NCBI GenBank assembly: GCA_916438495.1 | Contig: CAKAEX010000001.1 | Coordinates: 467,771 to 531,770, forward strand | DNA: 64,000 bases | Reading direction: 5' to 3' | Origin: an uncultured bacterium | Lineage (GTDB): Bacteria > Patescibacteriota > Saccharimonadia > Saccharimonadales > Saccharimonadaceae | Shown: positions 1-15,977 of the stretch, one piece after another | Numbering within the stretch: the stretch's first letter is position 1 | Layout: every line of letters begins with the position of its first letter | Program-made: the position numbers and the translations under genes | The notes under the pieces: generated by a model | The model's input: only the letters and a program-made list of their open reading frames with translations | The model's database searches: none | Told to the model about the DNA's origin: nothing

Positions 1-838
1 TAGTTAAATCAGTAGAGAGTTTTTCGAGCAATTCATGTTCTGGTGCAATAGTTAAAAATGCCACGCCAAAAATAGTATCTGGTCGAGTTGTAAAAACTTT
101 AATTTTTTCACCTTTTGCATTTCCGTCAGCAATTTCAAATTCAATCTCAGCACCCTCAGATTTTCCAATCCAATTTCGCTGCATCGTTTTAATCTTTTTC
201 TGGCCAATCTAATTCGTCAATATCAGCCAAAAGTTCGTCAGCATATGCAGTAATTTTTAAAGAACCACTGAGTCATTTGTTTTTTTAGAAACTTCTTCGC
301 CACAACGCCAGCATCGGCCATTTTCAACCTGCTCATTTGCGAGAACTGTTTTATCATTATCACACCACCACTGATAGCTTTCTTTACGGTAAGCTAGGCC
401 TTTTTTATACATTTCGCGAAAAATCCACTGTGTCCATTTGTAATATTCTGGATTTGAAGTGTTAATTTCTCGCGACCAATCGATTGAAATTCCAAGTCGT
501 TTAAACTGTTTTTTAAAATTTTCGATATTAGTTTTTGTGGCTTCTTGAGGTGAAATTCCAGTTTTAATTGCATAATTTTCTGCCGGTAAGCCAAAAGTGT
601 CCCAACCAATTGGGTTTAAAACATTTTTACCCTGCTGGCGATAAAAACGCGCGATCGAATCAACAATCGTGTAGCTCCTTGCATGGCCTGTGTGAAGCCC
701 TGCTCCACTTGGATACGGAAACATTCCCGAGATATACATTTTTTGTTTCGAAGAATCTGCTTCAACCTCATAAAGCTTTGATTCATCCCATTTTTTTTGC
801 CATTTTTCTTCAATTTCAATCGGATTATATCTTTTCAT
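1..838 (-). CDS. leuS: Leucyl-tRNA synthetase, N-terminal part (runs off window; frameshift near 270)
   Basis: [14 protein letters not shown] (HIGH-type) motif, [19 protein letters not shown]; continues in another frame as [12 protein letters not shown]...VFTTRPDT. Confidence 0.96.
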
Positions 839-881
839 ACTATTTTAAATTATACCAAAAATAGTATAAAAAATCAAAAAA

Positions 882-1360
882 TCACCATAAAGCGATCTTA
901 TCGCAAATATATTCATTCTCATCAGTTAAGTAAACCTCAACCAGCTCATTATTTTTTTGTAAAATTCAATTCTGTTTTTGAAGATTGCTAATTTCCGGCT
1001 CAATAACATTATTCCACCAACTTTTACCAGAACGATATATAACACGCCTTTTATACTCTTGCATTGCTCTTTTTATTGAGAACATTTGGCAAAATAAGTA
1101 TAAAACTAATCTTTTTTTGAAAGTAGTCGCTTTAAAAATCTCATCATCTTCACTAATAAATATAATTTCGAAATTACCCGAATAATATTCTTCTTCAATT
1201 TTTCTGTATACAAAAAAATCAAAAAAATGAGATCTTTCAATTTCATTCATCATTTTAGTTTTACTACTTTCATTAAATTCCATATCTAAAAAAATCGCTT
1301 TTTTTAGATATTTTTCGAAAAGAGTAGTTTTACCTAAACAAGGATAAGCTGCAATAATTT

Positions 1361-1371
<11 letters not shown>
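882..1371 (-). CDS. Hypothetical P-loop-like protein (nucleotide-kinase-like), frameshifted
   Basis: ATG at 1371 abutting the ligA end; KIIAAYPCLGKTT Walker A-like motif; the N-terminal third of track ORF 966..1607 is really the garbled LigA BRCT domain. Confidence 0.55.
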
Positions 1372-4483
<3,112 letters not shown>

Positions 4484-4484
<1 letters not shown>

Positions 4485-5367
4485 TAAAACCTCGCGCTGT
4501 TTTCTTTCAATCTGTTAATTCTGTCATCTAAAGGTGGATGTGTTGAAAATATTCTCTGAAAAAAGCCCTGTTTCATAGGATTGGAAATAAATAAGCTTGC
4601 CGTTGTTGAGTTTTGTCTTTTCAGAGGCTTGTTATTTTTCAACTTTTCAAGAGCACTGATTAAACCATCTGGATACCTGGTTAATGAAACAGCAGTTGCG
4701 TCAGCTAAAAATTCACGCTGACGAGAAATTGCAAGTCTCGTTATTGTAGCTAAAAGCGGCGAAATTAAAACAAAAAATAATCCCAAGATTAAAGTTATTG
4801 GATTTTTTGAATCCTCATCGTCGTCATTTAGAAAAATAAACCTTAAAACAATATCGGAAAGCATCCCAATAACAGCGGTTAAAGCAACTGCCGCCATCGA
4901 AACTCGAATATCATAATTCTTAATATGTGAAATTTCATGAGCCATCACGCCTTCAATTTCAACCTTATCCATATTTTCAAGAAGCCCTGTTGTTGCACAG
5001 ATCACAGAATTCTCAGGATCAGTTCCAGCCGCAAAAGCATTCATCGAAGAATCATTAATAATATAAAGCTTTGGCATGGGTAGACCAGCAGTAATAGATA
5101 ATGATTCAACTATTGAATAAAAATTCGGGAGCGTCTTTTTTTGAGATCAACTCAGCACCATTTATTTTTTTAAAGTAATGACTATCGAAATCTTATATTG
5201 AAATAACGCATAAAAAAATAGCAAAAATTAGTGTAAAAAAATAAAAAAATTACTAAATCGTCATAGATATAAGAAAAAAATATAGCCCAATTCCAGAAAT
5301 AATCGCAATAAATAATGAAAAAAATAATCACAGTATTACGCTTATTCTGAGAAATTGAGCTATACAT
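4484..5367 (-). CDS. htpX: M48 zinc metalloprotease HtpX (frameshifted N-terminus)
   Basis: NAFAAG, HEISH zinc motif, SRQREFLADA, STHPP; N-terminus MYSSISQNKRNT; follows lemA. Confidence 0.92.
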
Positions 5368-5394
5368 ATTTAATAAAACCTCTAAAAAAATAAA

Positions 5395-5959
5395 TTAGAA
5401 TTTTTACTTGAGGTGCAGATTCAACTACTTTTCTATCTTCCACTTCGAAGAATTCCCTCTTTTCGAAACCTAATTTTTTAGCAAAAATATTAGTTGGGAA
5501 TACTTTAATCTTAATATTAAGGTCTCGAACGCCGCCATTATAAAATCGGCGTGCACCTTGAATTTTATCTTCAATTTCTTGCTGTTGTTGTTGAAAACGA
5601 ATAAAGCCCTCATTAGCCTTTAGTTCAGGGTAGTTTTCGGCGACAGCAAACAAGCGGCCAAGCGCTTGTGAAAGTTCACCTTCAGCTTTAGCAGCATCAG
5701 AAACATTATTTCCAGCACCTATCAATCCAGCTCGTGCGCTACTTACATTTTCGAAAACTTCTTTCTCATGAGTTGCATAACCTTTTACAGTCTCAACAAG
5801 ATTTGGGATTAAATCTGCTCGATATTTTAGCTGAACAGCAATATCACTCCAAGCTTCTTCAACTCTTTCATTAAGCCGCACAAGTGCGTTGTATTGGCTC
5901 CAAACAAAAAGCCCAACAAGGACAAGAACAGCAATAATTACAATAATTGCAATTGTCAT
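5395..5959 (-). CDS. lemA: LemA family protein
   Basis: N-terminal TM, WSDIAVQLKYRADLIPNLVETVKGYA, AENYPELKAN, FPTNIFA; true start MTIAII at 5959 (track ORF extends into the tRNA). Confidence 0.93.
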
Positions 5960-5989
5960 TTTATTATACTCTCCTACTATTGTTAAATT

Positions 5990-6077
5990 TGGTGCGCAAG
6001 GCGGGAATCGAACCCGCACGACTGTTTAGGTCAAGGGATTTTAAGTCCCTCGCGTCTACCAGTTCCGCCACTCGCGC
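5990..6077 (-). tRNA. tRNA-Leu(TAA)
   Basis: GCGCGAGTGGCGGAACTGGTAGACGCG...CTTAAAA anticodon loop, long variable arm, GGTTCGATTCC, encoded CCA. Confidence 0.96.
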
Positions 6078-6128
6078 ATATTTATATTTTACACGCCTTA
6101 ACTACAAAAGTCAAGGCGTGTTATAAAC

Positions 6129-6440
6129 TTAAGCTTCATCTTTATCAAGAAGTGGAGCAATAATCATAATAAATAGAGAAAAAGCACCAAGCACTAAGAA
6201 TGTAGCCCAAGCTTTGCCCATTAATTCGCCTAGATTATTATCTAACCAAATATACACTAAGCTAATTAAAGCACAAACCATAGCCGTAAAAATATTAAAC
6301 CAAATGCAAATTTGTCGAATACTTTTCACTGTTTGACTATATTTCTTCTTTTTTGATACTGGAGCAACAACTACTGGGCGAACATTTGACTCATTTTCAC
6401 CTTTTCGAATTTCTACAACTCTTTGATTTTCTTCTTTCAT
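6129..6440 (-). CDS. Small hypothetical membrane protein (2 TM)
   Basis: 103-aa ORF with AAGGA RBS and two hydrophobic segments, between two tRNA genes. Confidence 0.7.
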   Translation of the reverse strand: MKEENQRVVEIRKGENESNVRPVVVAPVSKKKKYSQTVKSIRQICIWFNIFTAMVCALISLVYIWLDNNLGELMGKAWATFLVLGAFSLFIMIIAPLLDKDEA

Positions 6441-6465
6441 ATAGTTTTCCTTTACTTAAATATTT

Positions 6466-6539
6466 TGGAGGCACCTACCGGATTTGAACCGGTGTAAACG
6501 GTTTTGCAGACCGCTGCGTAACCACTCCGCCAAGGCGCC
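6466..6539 (-). tRNA. tRNA-Cys(GCA)
   Basis: GGCGCCTTGGCGGAGTGGTTACGC...CTGCAAA...GGTTCAAATCC...TCCA cloverleaf. Confidence 0.96.
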
Positions 6540-6594
6540 AAAGTGATATAAAATGATTATATCACATATTTTTTTAAAAAAATAAACAATAGCA

Positions 6595-7906
6595 CTATTT
6601 TTTTAGAATTTCGGCCAATTCTAACTTTTTACCAGTCTCCATATCTTTAAAAATAAATGATTTTTCAGAAATCTCCCTTTCACCAATTACTAAAGTATAT
6701 TTAACACCTCGCTTATCGGAAAATTTAAAAGCTTTTTTCATAGTAAAATCTTCAAGCAGAACTTCAGTATTTTTACCTTCTTTTCTTAATTCACCAGCAA
6801 TTTCGAAAGACTTTTGAAGCTCGTTTTTACTCATTGGAACTATTAAAAATTCCGCAGTTGAGCGTTTTGAAAATTTCAGCAAGCCTAAGTCTCGTAGACA
6901 CCAGAACAATCGCGTTAAACCAATTGAAGCACCGACTCCTGGTAGTTCTTCTTTCGAATAATATTCGCTTAAATTATCATAACGACCACCACTAGAAACT
7001 GAGCCAATTTCTTTGAAGTTGTTTAAATTTGTTTCAAAAACTGTTCCCGTATAATAATCAAGACCACGAACAATTAGCATATCGAGTTTGAAATATTTTT
7101 CTTCAACACCCATCATTTTTAACAATTTAGAAACTTCTGAAAGCTCCTTAATTCCTTTTTTTCGAATTGTTGATTTTTTTAATTTTTTTGAGAAAGATTT
7201 TTTTAGCTCACATATAACATCTTCAGCTGAACCTGAGATTTTTAATAAAATCAGAAATTATTTGAGATTTTTTTCCCCTAAATTTAAATCAGTAAGTTGT
7301 TCTGAAAAATTCCTCAGTTGAAATCTTCTCAGCACGATCAATCAAAGCCATAATTTCAGCTGATTTTTTTCAGTTAATCCAAGTCCTTCGATTAAACCAC
7401 TCGTGATATTTCGGTTATTAATTCGAAGAGTAAAATCACCAAAACTTAGCTCTCGAAAAATATTATAAATTACTGCAATAACTTCAGCATCATAAGAAAT
7501 ACTTAACTTGTCTCGCCCAATCACATCAATATCACATTGATAAAATTCACGAAAACGACCTCGCTGTGCTCTTTCGCCACGATAGACTTTACCAATTTGT
7601 GAACGTTTAAAAGGAAATTGTAACTGACCAAAATTCTCGGCAACAAATCTTGCAGTCGGCACAGTCAAATCAAAACGCAAACTTAAATCGTTATCGCCTT
7701 TCGAAAAACGATAAATCTGCTTTTCAGTCTCACCACCAGCTTTTGCAAGAAGAGTCTCTGTTCGCTCGATTACTGGCGTATCAATCGGCGTAAATCCGAA
7801 TTTTTCATAATTTTTCTGAATAATTGCCATAATTCGATTAAATTCGAGCTGTTCTTCTGGTAATAACTCCATCATCCCAGGTAATGGTTTTGTATTAATT
7901 TTTCAT
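6595..7906 (-). CDS. hisS: Histidyl-tRNA synthetase (frameshifted)
   Basis: LRFDLTVP, YRGERAQRGRFREFYQCDID, VRGLDYYTG, GGRYD, GVGASIGLTRL. Confidence 0.95.
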
Positions 7907-8029
7907 AATTCCTCAAATTCATTTTTAATTGACTACCTAACTAAATGATACCATAAAATAGCGTTTTTTTCAAATTTCGAAAAAAAGCCATCTTTGCAGT
8001 TTTTACATTAAAATGGTAAAAATATAGAA

Positions 8030-9235
8030 ATGGATTACCAACAAAGAATTCCCCTTGCTGAAAAAATGAGGCCAAAAAAGCTTGCTGAAGTTATTGGCCA
8101 ATCTCACCTTATTGGTAAAAATGGAATTTTACGAAAAATAATCGAAAACAAAGAACCTATTAGCTTAATCTTTTGGGGGCCAGCCGGAACCGGTAAAACT
8201 ACTCTTTCAAGAATTTTGGCAAATGAAGTCAATGCAGACTTTATTGAAATTTCAGCCGTCACTAGTGGCAAAAAAGATATCGAAAAGGTTATTGAACATG
8301 CTCGCCAAAACTGGAACCTTGGAACGCGAACGATTCTTTTTGTTGATGAAATTCACCGTTTCAATAAATCACAGCAAGATGCTTTTTTGCCGCATATTGA
8401 AAGCGGCTTAATAAATTTGATTGGGGCAACAACCGAGAATCCAGGATTCGAAATTATCACGCCGCTACTTTCAAGAAGTCGAGTCCTGTCGCTCAAGCCT
8501 TTAAATACTGAGGAGATTTCAAAAATCATTAAAAATGCGCTTGAAAAAGTTTCGCCAAAAACAAAAATAGATCCAGAAGCACTCAAAATTCTCGCTAAAA
8601 TAAGTAGTGGCGATGCTCGAAATGCGCTTGGAAATCTCGAGCTAATTTTAAATTTTGAAAAAAACAACATTACACCGGAAGTTATTAAAAATTCAATCGA
8701 AAATCCAACCTTAATTTATGATAAAAATGGCGATTCTCATTATGATACAATCTCGGCTTTCATCAAAAGTATGCGAGCCGGTGATGTTAATGCTACTGGC
8801 TACTATCTAGCTAAAATGTTAAATACTGGCGAGGATCCAAAATATATCGCCCGCCGAATGATTATTTTTGCAAGTGAGGATATTGGGCTAGCTGGAAATG
8901 GTGCTCTTAGTTTGGCGAATTCCGCTTTCGATGCGGTTGAAAAAATAGGAATGCCAGAAGTTAAGTATAATCTATTCCACGCTGCAATTGCTTTAGCAAA
9001 ATCTAAAAAATCACGTGAAGCTACTGGAATTATGTTTCAATCTTATGACTTAGTAAAGAAAGCCCCAAACGCGACCATTCCTTTGCACTTAAGAAATTCT
9101 ACTTCTAAAATTACCGAGGAGCTAGGCTATAACAAGGGATATCAGTGGACGGCAGGCTTCAAGCACCCAGAAGATAATCTACCTAAGGAGGTTCGTGAGC
9201 TTATATCATTAGGCGAGCAGAATAAAAAATCTTAG
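8030..9235 (+). CDS. rarA: Replication-associated recombination protein A (MgsA/RarA AAA+ ATPase)
   Basis: PLAEKMRP, WGPAGTGKTT, FVDEIHRFNKSQQD, GATTENP, ISAFIKSMR, ASEDIGLA. Confidence 0.95.
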   Translation: MDYQQRIPLAEKMRPKKLAEVIGQSHLIGKNGILRKIIENKEPISLIFWGPAGTGKTTLSRILANEVNADFIEISAVTSGKKDIEKVIEHARQNWNLGTRTILFVDEIHRFNKSQQDAFLPHIESGLINLIGATTENPGFEIITPLLSRSRVLSLKPLNTEEISKIIKNALEKVSPKTKIDPEALKILAKISSGDARNALGNLELILNFEKNNITPEVIKNSIENPTLIYDKNGDSHYDTISAFIKSMRAGDVNATGYYLAKMLNTGEDPKYIARRMIIFASEDIGLAGNGALSLANSAFDAVEKIGMPEVKYNLFHAAIALAKSKKSREATGIMFQSYDLVKKAPNATIPLHLRNSTSKITEELGYNKGYQWTAGFKHPEDNLPKEVRELISLGEQNKKS

Positions 9236-9621
9236 CTGGTGAATGGGTCGCCAGAAATTAAAGAACTAATAAAATGACACAAAAAATAGCAGATTAATAT
9301 TACTCTTAATATTCACTTTTTTTATAGTTATTCCATTTTTTCGTTTTCATATCTTCGCCCATTCAATAATTTCTTTATAGAGGAACATTAACGAGTATTT
9401 TACAACAAATAAATTTTTCGAAAATCTTCAATCATCTTAACTTCATCGATTTTATATAGCTTAGCACATTTAGGCTATAAAGATTTCATAACTTGCATAT
9501 TAACATTTTTAATTGGCCTATTATGGCATCAGAGATATCTCAAAACCAAGGACCTCGCTGGAGTAACCATAAGCCATGCAATTTTTAGGAGCTATTACAA
9601 TTTTTTTATCGGGATTATCGA

Positions 9622-11078
9622 TTAGTCAGTTTCTGGTAAAATATTTTTCAAGCCAAAGTTTAATTTCTTCTAAAAATATATTCTTCTTGCGAATTTAAAT
9701 TTTGGTTATTTGCAATTTCTTGGAATTCTTTCATAAAATTGGGCATCATTTTTTGTAAATTTTTTTCACCCGATACTCTTCCCAAAGCTCTTTCTCTTGA
9801 GAACTTAAACTTTTCGGAAAACTCCTTGCTTTATAATGAATAAGTAGATCCGTCAATCGCTCGTCGGCAAAATCTGGATGAAAATCAGCAAGCTCACGAT
9901 CAGTTGAGTTTCGAACAGCTTCAATTTTAATATCATCACTTTTTGAAATAAAACCTTCAAAAAAAGCCGAGCTTCTGGAGCTGGTTTTTCTGCATTATTC
10001 TTATCTTGAAAAACTTCGCTTCGCCTTTCGAAAAGCAGATCTAAGGTTTTCAGCAAAGTGCGGATTTTTTCGTAAAATATCTAAGTTTTTTTGAATTTCA
10101 TCTAAATCAATCTTCAACCTTTGCTGATTTTCTTCAGTTAAAACACCTATTGGCGCAACTGCTGGACATTTATTATACTGAAAAATCTTTGCTGCAATAG
10201 GCTCGAATTCATTGCTCGAACGAGTTTCGAAATCTGCCGTAATATTTTCAAGAATTTGGTCCTCATTCCAATCAATAAATTTTTCAGGAGAAAACCGCAA
10301 ATCCCAAACAATTACATTTTTGATTTTTAGCCGGCGCGACAGGAAACGCCACGGTAGTTTTTTCAAACTCAACTTTAAAGCGACCAGATGTATAGACAAA
10401 AGGTTTCGGATTTTCAAGATTAACTAGTTTTTGCACTTCATTTTTCGAACGCATTTTAAACAAGTAATCAAAAATCTGTGGCTGTTTTTCTTTCAAGAGT
10501 CGTGCAATATCTATCAAACCATCAACATCACTCATTGCATCATGAGCATTTTCGTGCAAAATTCCATTCTCTTTAGTTAAAAGTTCTAGCTTATTAGCAG
10601 CGAATTTTTCACCAGTTTCTTCGTTTACGATAAATGGCCAATTAATCCCTTCTGGCCGAAGAGCGCGAATCATTCGTACAACATCTAACAAATCCCAGCG
10701 CGATCGACCATCTTTCCACTGCCAATCATATGGTGGGTAGAAATTTCGCCACAAAAGATGCTGAATATGAACATCGTCAAATCGAACATTGTTATACCCA
10801 ACGATCACTGTATCTGGCGTAAAATATTCTTCAACGAGCATTTTCGCAAATTCCGCCTCGGTATAACCCTCTTCAACCGTTTTTTGCGGACTAATTTTTG
10901 TCACCATTAAAGCACTTGGGCTTGGCAAAACATCGTCATTCAATCTAACTAAAATATTAACAGGCTCACCAATTCGATTAAGGTTTTCATCTGTTCGCTG
11001 CCCTGCAAATTGCATAATTCGGTCGTTTTGCGGACTAAAGCCACTAGTCTCTAAATCATAAAAAAAGAAAGTCTTCAT
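9622..11078 (-). CDS. sbcB: Exodeoxyribonuclease I (DEDDh), frameshifted
   Basis: FFFYDLETSG, QFAGQRTD, GYNNVRFDD, RALRPEGINWP, HENAHDAMSDV, YNKCPAVAP. Confidence 0.9.
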
Positions 11079-11119
11079 GGTTATATTTTAACCTAAAACT
11101 ACAAAAATAACAAATATAC

Positions 11120-11148
11120 TTGACTTTTTAATTGAAATATTGTATAAT
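11120..11148 (+). promoter_or_regulatory. Sigma70-type promoter
   Basis: TTGACT-17 nt-TATAAT. Confidence 0.75.
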
Positions 11149-11218
11149 ACAAATAAACCCGAGATAATATCTCACTCATTCGCCAGAGGGTGGCGCGCAC
11201 ATTTATAGGAGAAGAATA

Positions 11219-11500
11219 ATGGCAATTTTTTTATAAATTACGAATCAGCATCTTTAAGACAGATGGTTATTGATGATCTTATACGCTTATACCCCCGTAC
11301 AGCTAGCTGAGGAAGAAATCAGCAACGTTGCAGAAAGGCTAATCAAATCTCTTCTTGATGATAATTATGATCCAATTAAAATTATTGAAATTTTTTTCAG
11401 AAGAATTCGATAATAGCCAAGTTCGAGAGATTATAGCTTTCTATATAGGTATGGAAAAATTGGAATCCTTAGAAGAATCCAAAAATGAGCCTAAAAGTTA
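11219..11500 (+). CDS. Small acidic hypothetical protein (~90 aa after correcting apparent homopolymer indels)
   Basis: AGGAG RBS, ATG at 11219, TAA at 11498-11500, own promoter and terminator; not in the ORF track because of frameshifts. Confidence 0.5.
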
Positions 11501-11514
11501 ACTATCATATATCC

Positions 11515-11541
11515 AGCACGACTAAGATCGTGCTTTTTTTT
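11515..11541 (+). terminator. Intrinsic terminator
   Basis: AGCACGA-loop-TCGTGCT followed by a T run. Confidence 0.7.
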
Positions 11542-11553
11542 ATTTAAGCAACT

Positions 11554-12930
<1,377 letters not shown>

Positions 12931-12939
12931 TTAAATATT

Positions 12940-14153
12940 TTAGTGTATATAGTTCGAAACACTACTTGCTGGTACTGTTCGAGTTGTTACAACATTTAGT
13001 TTTCCAGCATAATTCATATCTGAAACAGTGATTGTTCCATCAGAGTTCACAGACTCAACAATAGCAACATGTCCGTAACCCCAGATGTATGAGTTTGCGT
13101 AAGCATTCCACTGAGCAATTGCACCTACAGATGGATTTTGGTCAACCTTATACCCAGCAGCTCTAGCACTGACTGCCCAAGTTGAAGCATTACCCCAAAA
13201 ACTTCCGATGTCTGGACGGCGATTATATGCATACCAAGTACAGTTTCCCCAGGCGTAAGCATTTCCAGCTTTGACATTGTAATTAGAAGATAGGGATATT
13301 GGCGATACACTCACAGAACTAGAAGATTTTCGAGAATTTGAAGTTGTAGAAGTTGAGAAAACCTTAGATTTAGGATTATAATCTGGTCGCTCTTCTTCAG
13401 GCAAGATACCGCCAGGAATTACAATCTCAACGCCTTCTTTAGGCTCTTCGCCATCTTTAAGCTTATTATAAGAAATCAATCTCTCTAAATTGGCTTGGTA
13501 TTTTTCTGCTACAGATCTAATACTATCACCAGGTTTAAATCGATAAACAATTCCATCTACAGGCAGAATCCTTAGTTCTTTATTAGCCTCAACTTTATCA
13601 CCCTTCAATCCATTAACCCATTTAATAGTTTGAGCAGTTATACCATATTTATCAGCAATCGCTTGAATAACCTCTTCTGAAGTTGTAGTGTATTTAATGA
13701 TTTCACGTTTTTCAGAAGAAACCTCAAGAACTTTAGGCTTTTCAACAGAAGCAGCAGCTTGAGGTGAATCCTGAAGTATTGCAGTAGATGTTGAAAGGCT
13801 CGCCACAGAAGATGCGATTGCTAAATCAGCGGACTCCGCAAGATTAGCAACAACACCAGACTCCGTAACTTTGTCTGCTACAGAATATTTCTCATTACTA
13901 TTTTGAGTATTCTCAACAGATTTTGAATTAATTTGATTGTTTAGCTCAGTCGATTTTTTAATATCTGGCTGGCTACCACCAAATACGGCAATCATAACCA
14001 CAATAATAAAAATAGAAGCATAAACAACAGTTGATTTTAAACTTAGTATATTAATTATCTTTAGAAAAGTAGAATCAGAAACTTTATTATTTCTATTCTG
14101 TATGATTTCAATCTTAGGAGATTTAACTCCTCGTTTTTTTGATTACAAATAAT
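12940..14153 (-). CDS. LysM (x2) plus CHAP-domain peptidoglycan hydrolase with N-terminal membrane anchor; start uncertain
   Basis: IADKYGITAQTIKWVNGL and VAEKYQANLERLISYNKL LysM-like repeats; YAWGNCTWYA...YGHVAIVE...SDMNY CHAP; frame stays open to 14142. Confidence 0.88.
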
Positions 14154-14350
14154 TTTTTTCTCCCGCAAACACATTACTGTGATGCACTACCTTAATAATA
14201 CCCTTTCTTTTCGAAAAATTAGCATAATGTCGACCTTTTTTTAATTAATATTATAGAGTTAAACGAATGCTATAAAGTATTTTTCTAGTAGGTGCATTAA
14301 TATAAAAAAATACACAAAACATCATTTTTTTATATTAATTTACATATAAA

Positions 14351-14379
14351 ATTCTATCAAATATTAATAAAATTGTCAA
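14351..14379 (-). promoter_or_regulatory. Sigma70-type promoter of the LysM-CHAP gene
   Basis: TTGACA-17 nt-TAGAAT with TGn extension. Confidence 0.65.
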
Positions 14380-14394
14380 GCTTTAATTATAAAA

Positions 14395-15560
14395 TCAAGC
14401 ACTTTTTTTGCACAATATTTTTTTAATATTATTTTGATGCTCTATATCTGTTGTACCGTAATAAGTCTTATCATCATCTCCACTCAAAAAGAATAAATAG
14501 TTATGATCAGCCGGAGAAGCCGTCGCCTTAAGAGCAGACAGCCCTGGTGTTGCAATTGGAGTAGGTGTTAAACCTTTATATTTTCGAAGATTATAAGGGC
14601 TATCTAAATTTGGAGTTCTTTCAACTCCTATTTTATCCGCAATATATTGATATGTCACATCTGAGCCAAGCGTCATCCCAGCTTTAATTCTATTATAAAA
14701 AACACCTGCAACTTTTTGTTGATCTTCGAAATCGCTCAAGGTTTCTTTTTGAACAATTGAAGAGAGTGTGATTCCCTCATATAAACTCAAACCTTTTTGC
14801 TTGAATTTATTATCAAGGTTTAACTCTTTAATTTTCGCTTCAAAGTCTGCAAAATATCTCCGCAAAATATTTTCAACTTTTGTGCCTTTCTTAAAATTAT
14901 GAGTTTGGCCATAAAGAAATCCTTCCAGATCCGTATTTTTTGGCTTACCAGAGAAAAGAGTTGGAAATTCACCAGAATAATCTTTTGAAAAAGCATCATC
15001 AATTTCATTTTTCAAATAACCAGCTTTCAAAAGAGCATTTTTGGCCATTTTTACCGTTCCGCCAGGTAAAAAGGTAATGTTAAAATTATCAACAGCTTGA
15101 CCTTTATTTAAAATATCTAAAACCTCAGGAATTGTCATGCTTGAAGATAATTGATAACTGCCAGCTAAAATATTTCGCTTATTATTCATTCGTGCATAAA
15201 AAAATAAATGAGTTTTTAGAAATAATTATTTTTTTATCAGCCAATTTCTGAGCAACTATGTCTAAAGATTCGCCCTTACTAATATTGAAGTCAACTTTTT
15301 TTAGAATCGTTAGTTCTATAATTTATTGCGCTATTATAGCTTAAGAATAAAATTCCGCAAAAAGAAATAAAGCAAAACAATAAAACTGTAAAAAAAACCA
15401 AAATCCTTTTTCGAAAAACTCTTTTTTTATTATTTTTTACATCCAAGATAACAGCAACTTCTCTTTCGCGCTTAGATATTTCCTCAATAGCTCTTTCAGC
15501 ACGATCTTCTATTAGCTCCCGATCATCTCTATTTACTGGCGGTTTCGTAATTCCATCCAT
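14395..15560 (-). CDS. mltG: Endolytic transglycosylase MltG (YceG family), frameshifted
   Basis: N-terminal TM, LEGFLY, SSIVQKE, AGVFYNR, LGSDVT, SPYN...GLTPTPIATPG. Confidence 0.9.
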
Positions 15561-15977
15561 TAAAAATTCTCCTCCAAATAATCTTGTAAAATAATCGAGG
15601 CCGCATTCATATCAATATCACCTTTTGAATATGGCTTTCCATAGCTCTTTAGCCTGTCCTCAGCCTGAATACTCGTTAAGCTTTTCATCTTGAAAACAAA
15701 TTTTATCGACTGAATATTCAAAAATTTTTTTACAAATTCTTTGGTATAAGCAGTTTGCGAAGTCTCTTCACCACTCTGATTTCGTGGCAGCCCAACCACA
15801 AGAACGTCGATTTCTTCTTTCGAAATTATCTCAATAATTTGTTTTATTGCAGAATCTATATCATTATTAATTTCAACAGTAGTAAATGGTATTGCTATTT
15901 TTAATAAAGGAGTCAGCCAAAGCAATACCAATCCTCTTAGTGCCAACATCAAGCGCCATTAACTTTAAAGATTTCAT
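15560..15977 (-). CDS. ruvX: YqgF/RuvX RNase H-like nuclease (frameshifted)
   Basis: MALDVGTKRIG (alternate frame), VVGLPRN, LTSIQAE, IDMNAASIILQDYLE. Confidence 0.88.

Noticed and set aside
5960..6019. N-terminal extension of LemA in the ORF track
   Set aside because: It overlaps tRNA-Leu; the RBS-preceded ATG at 5959 is the likely start.
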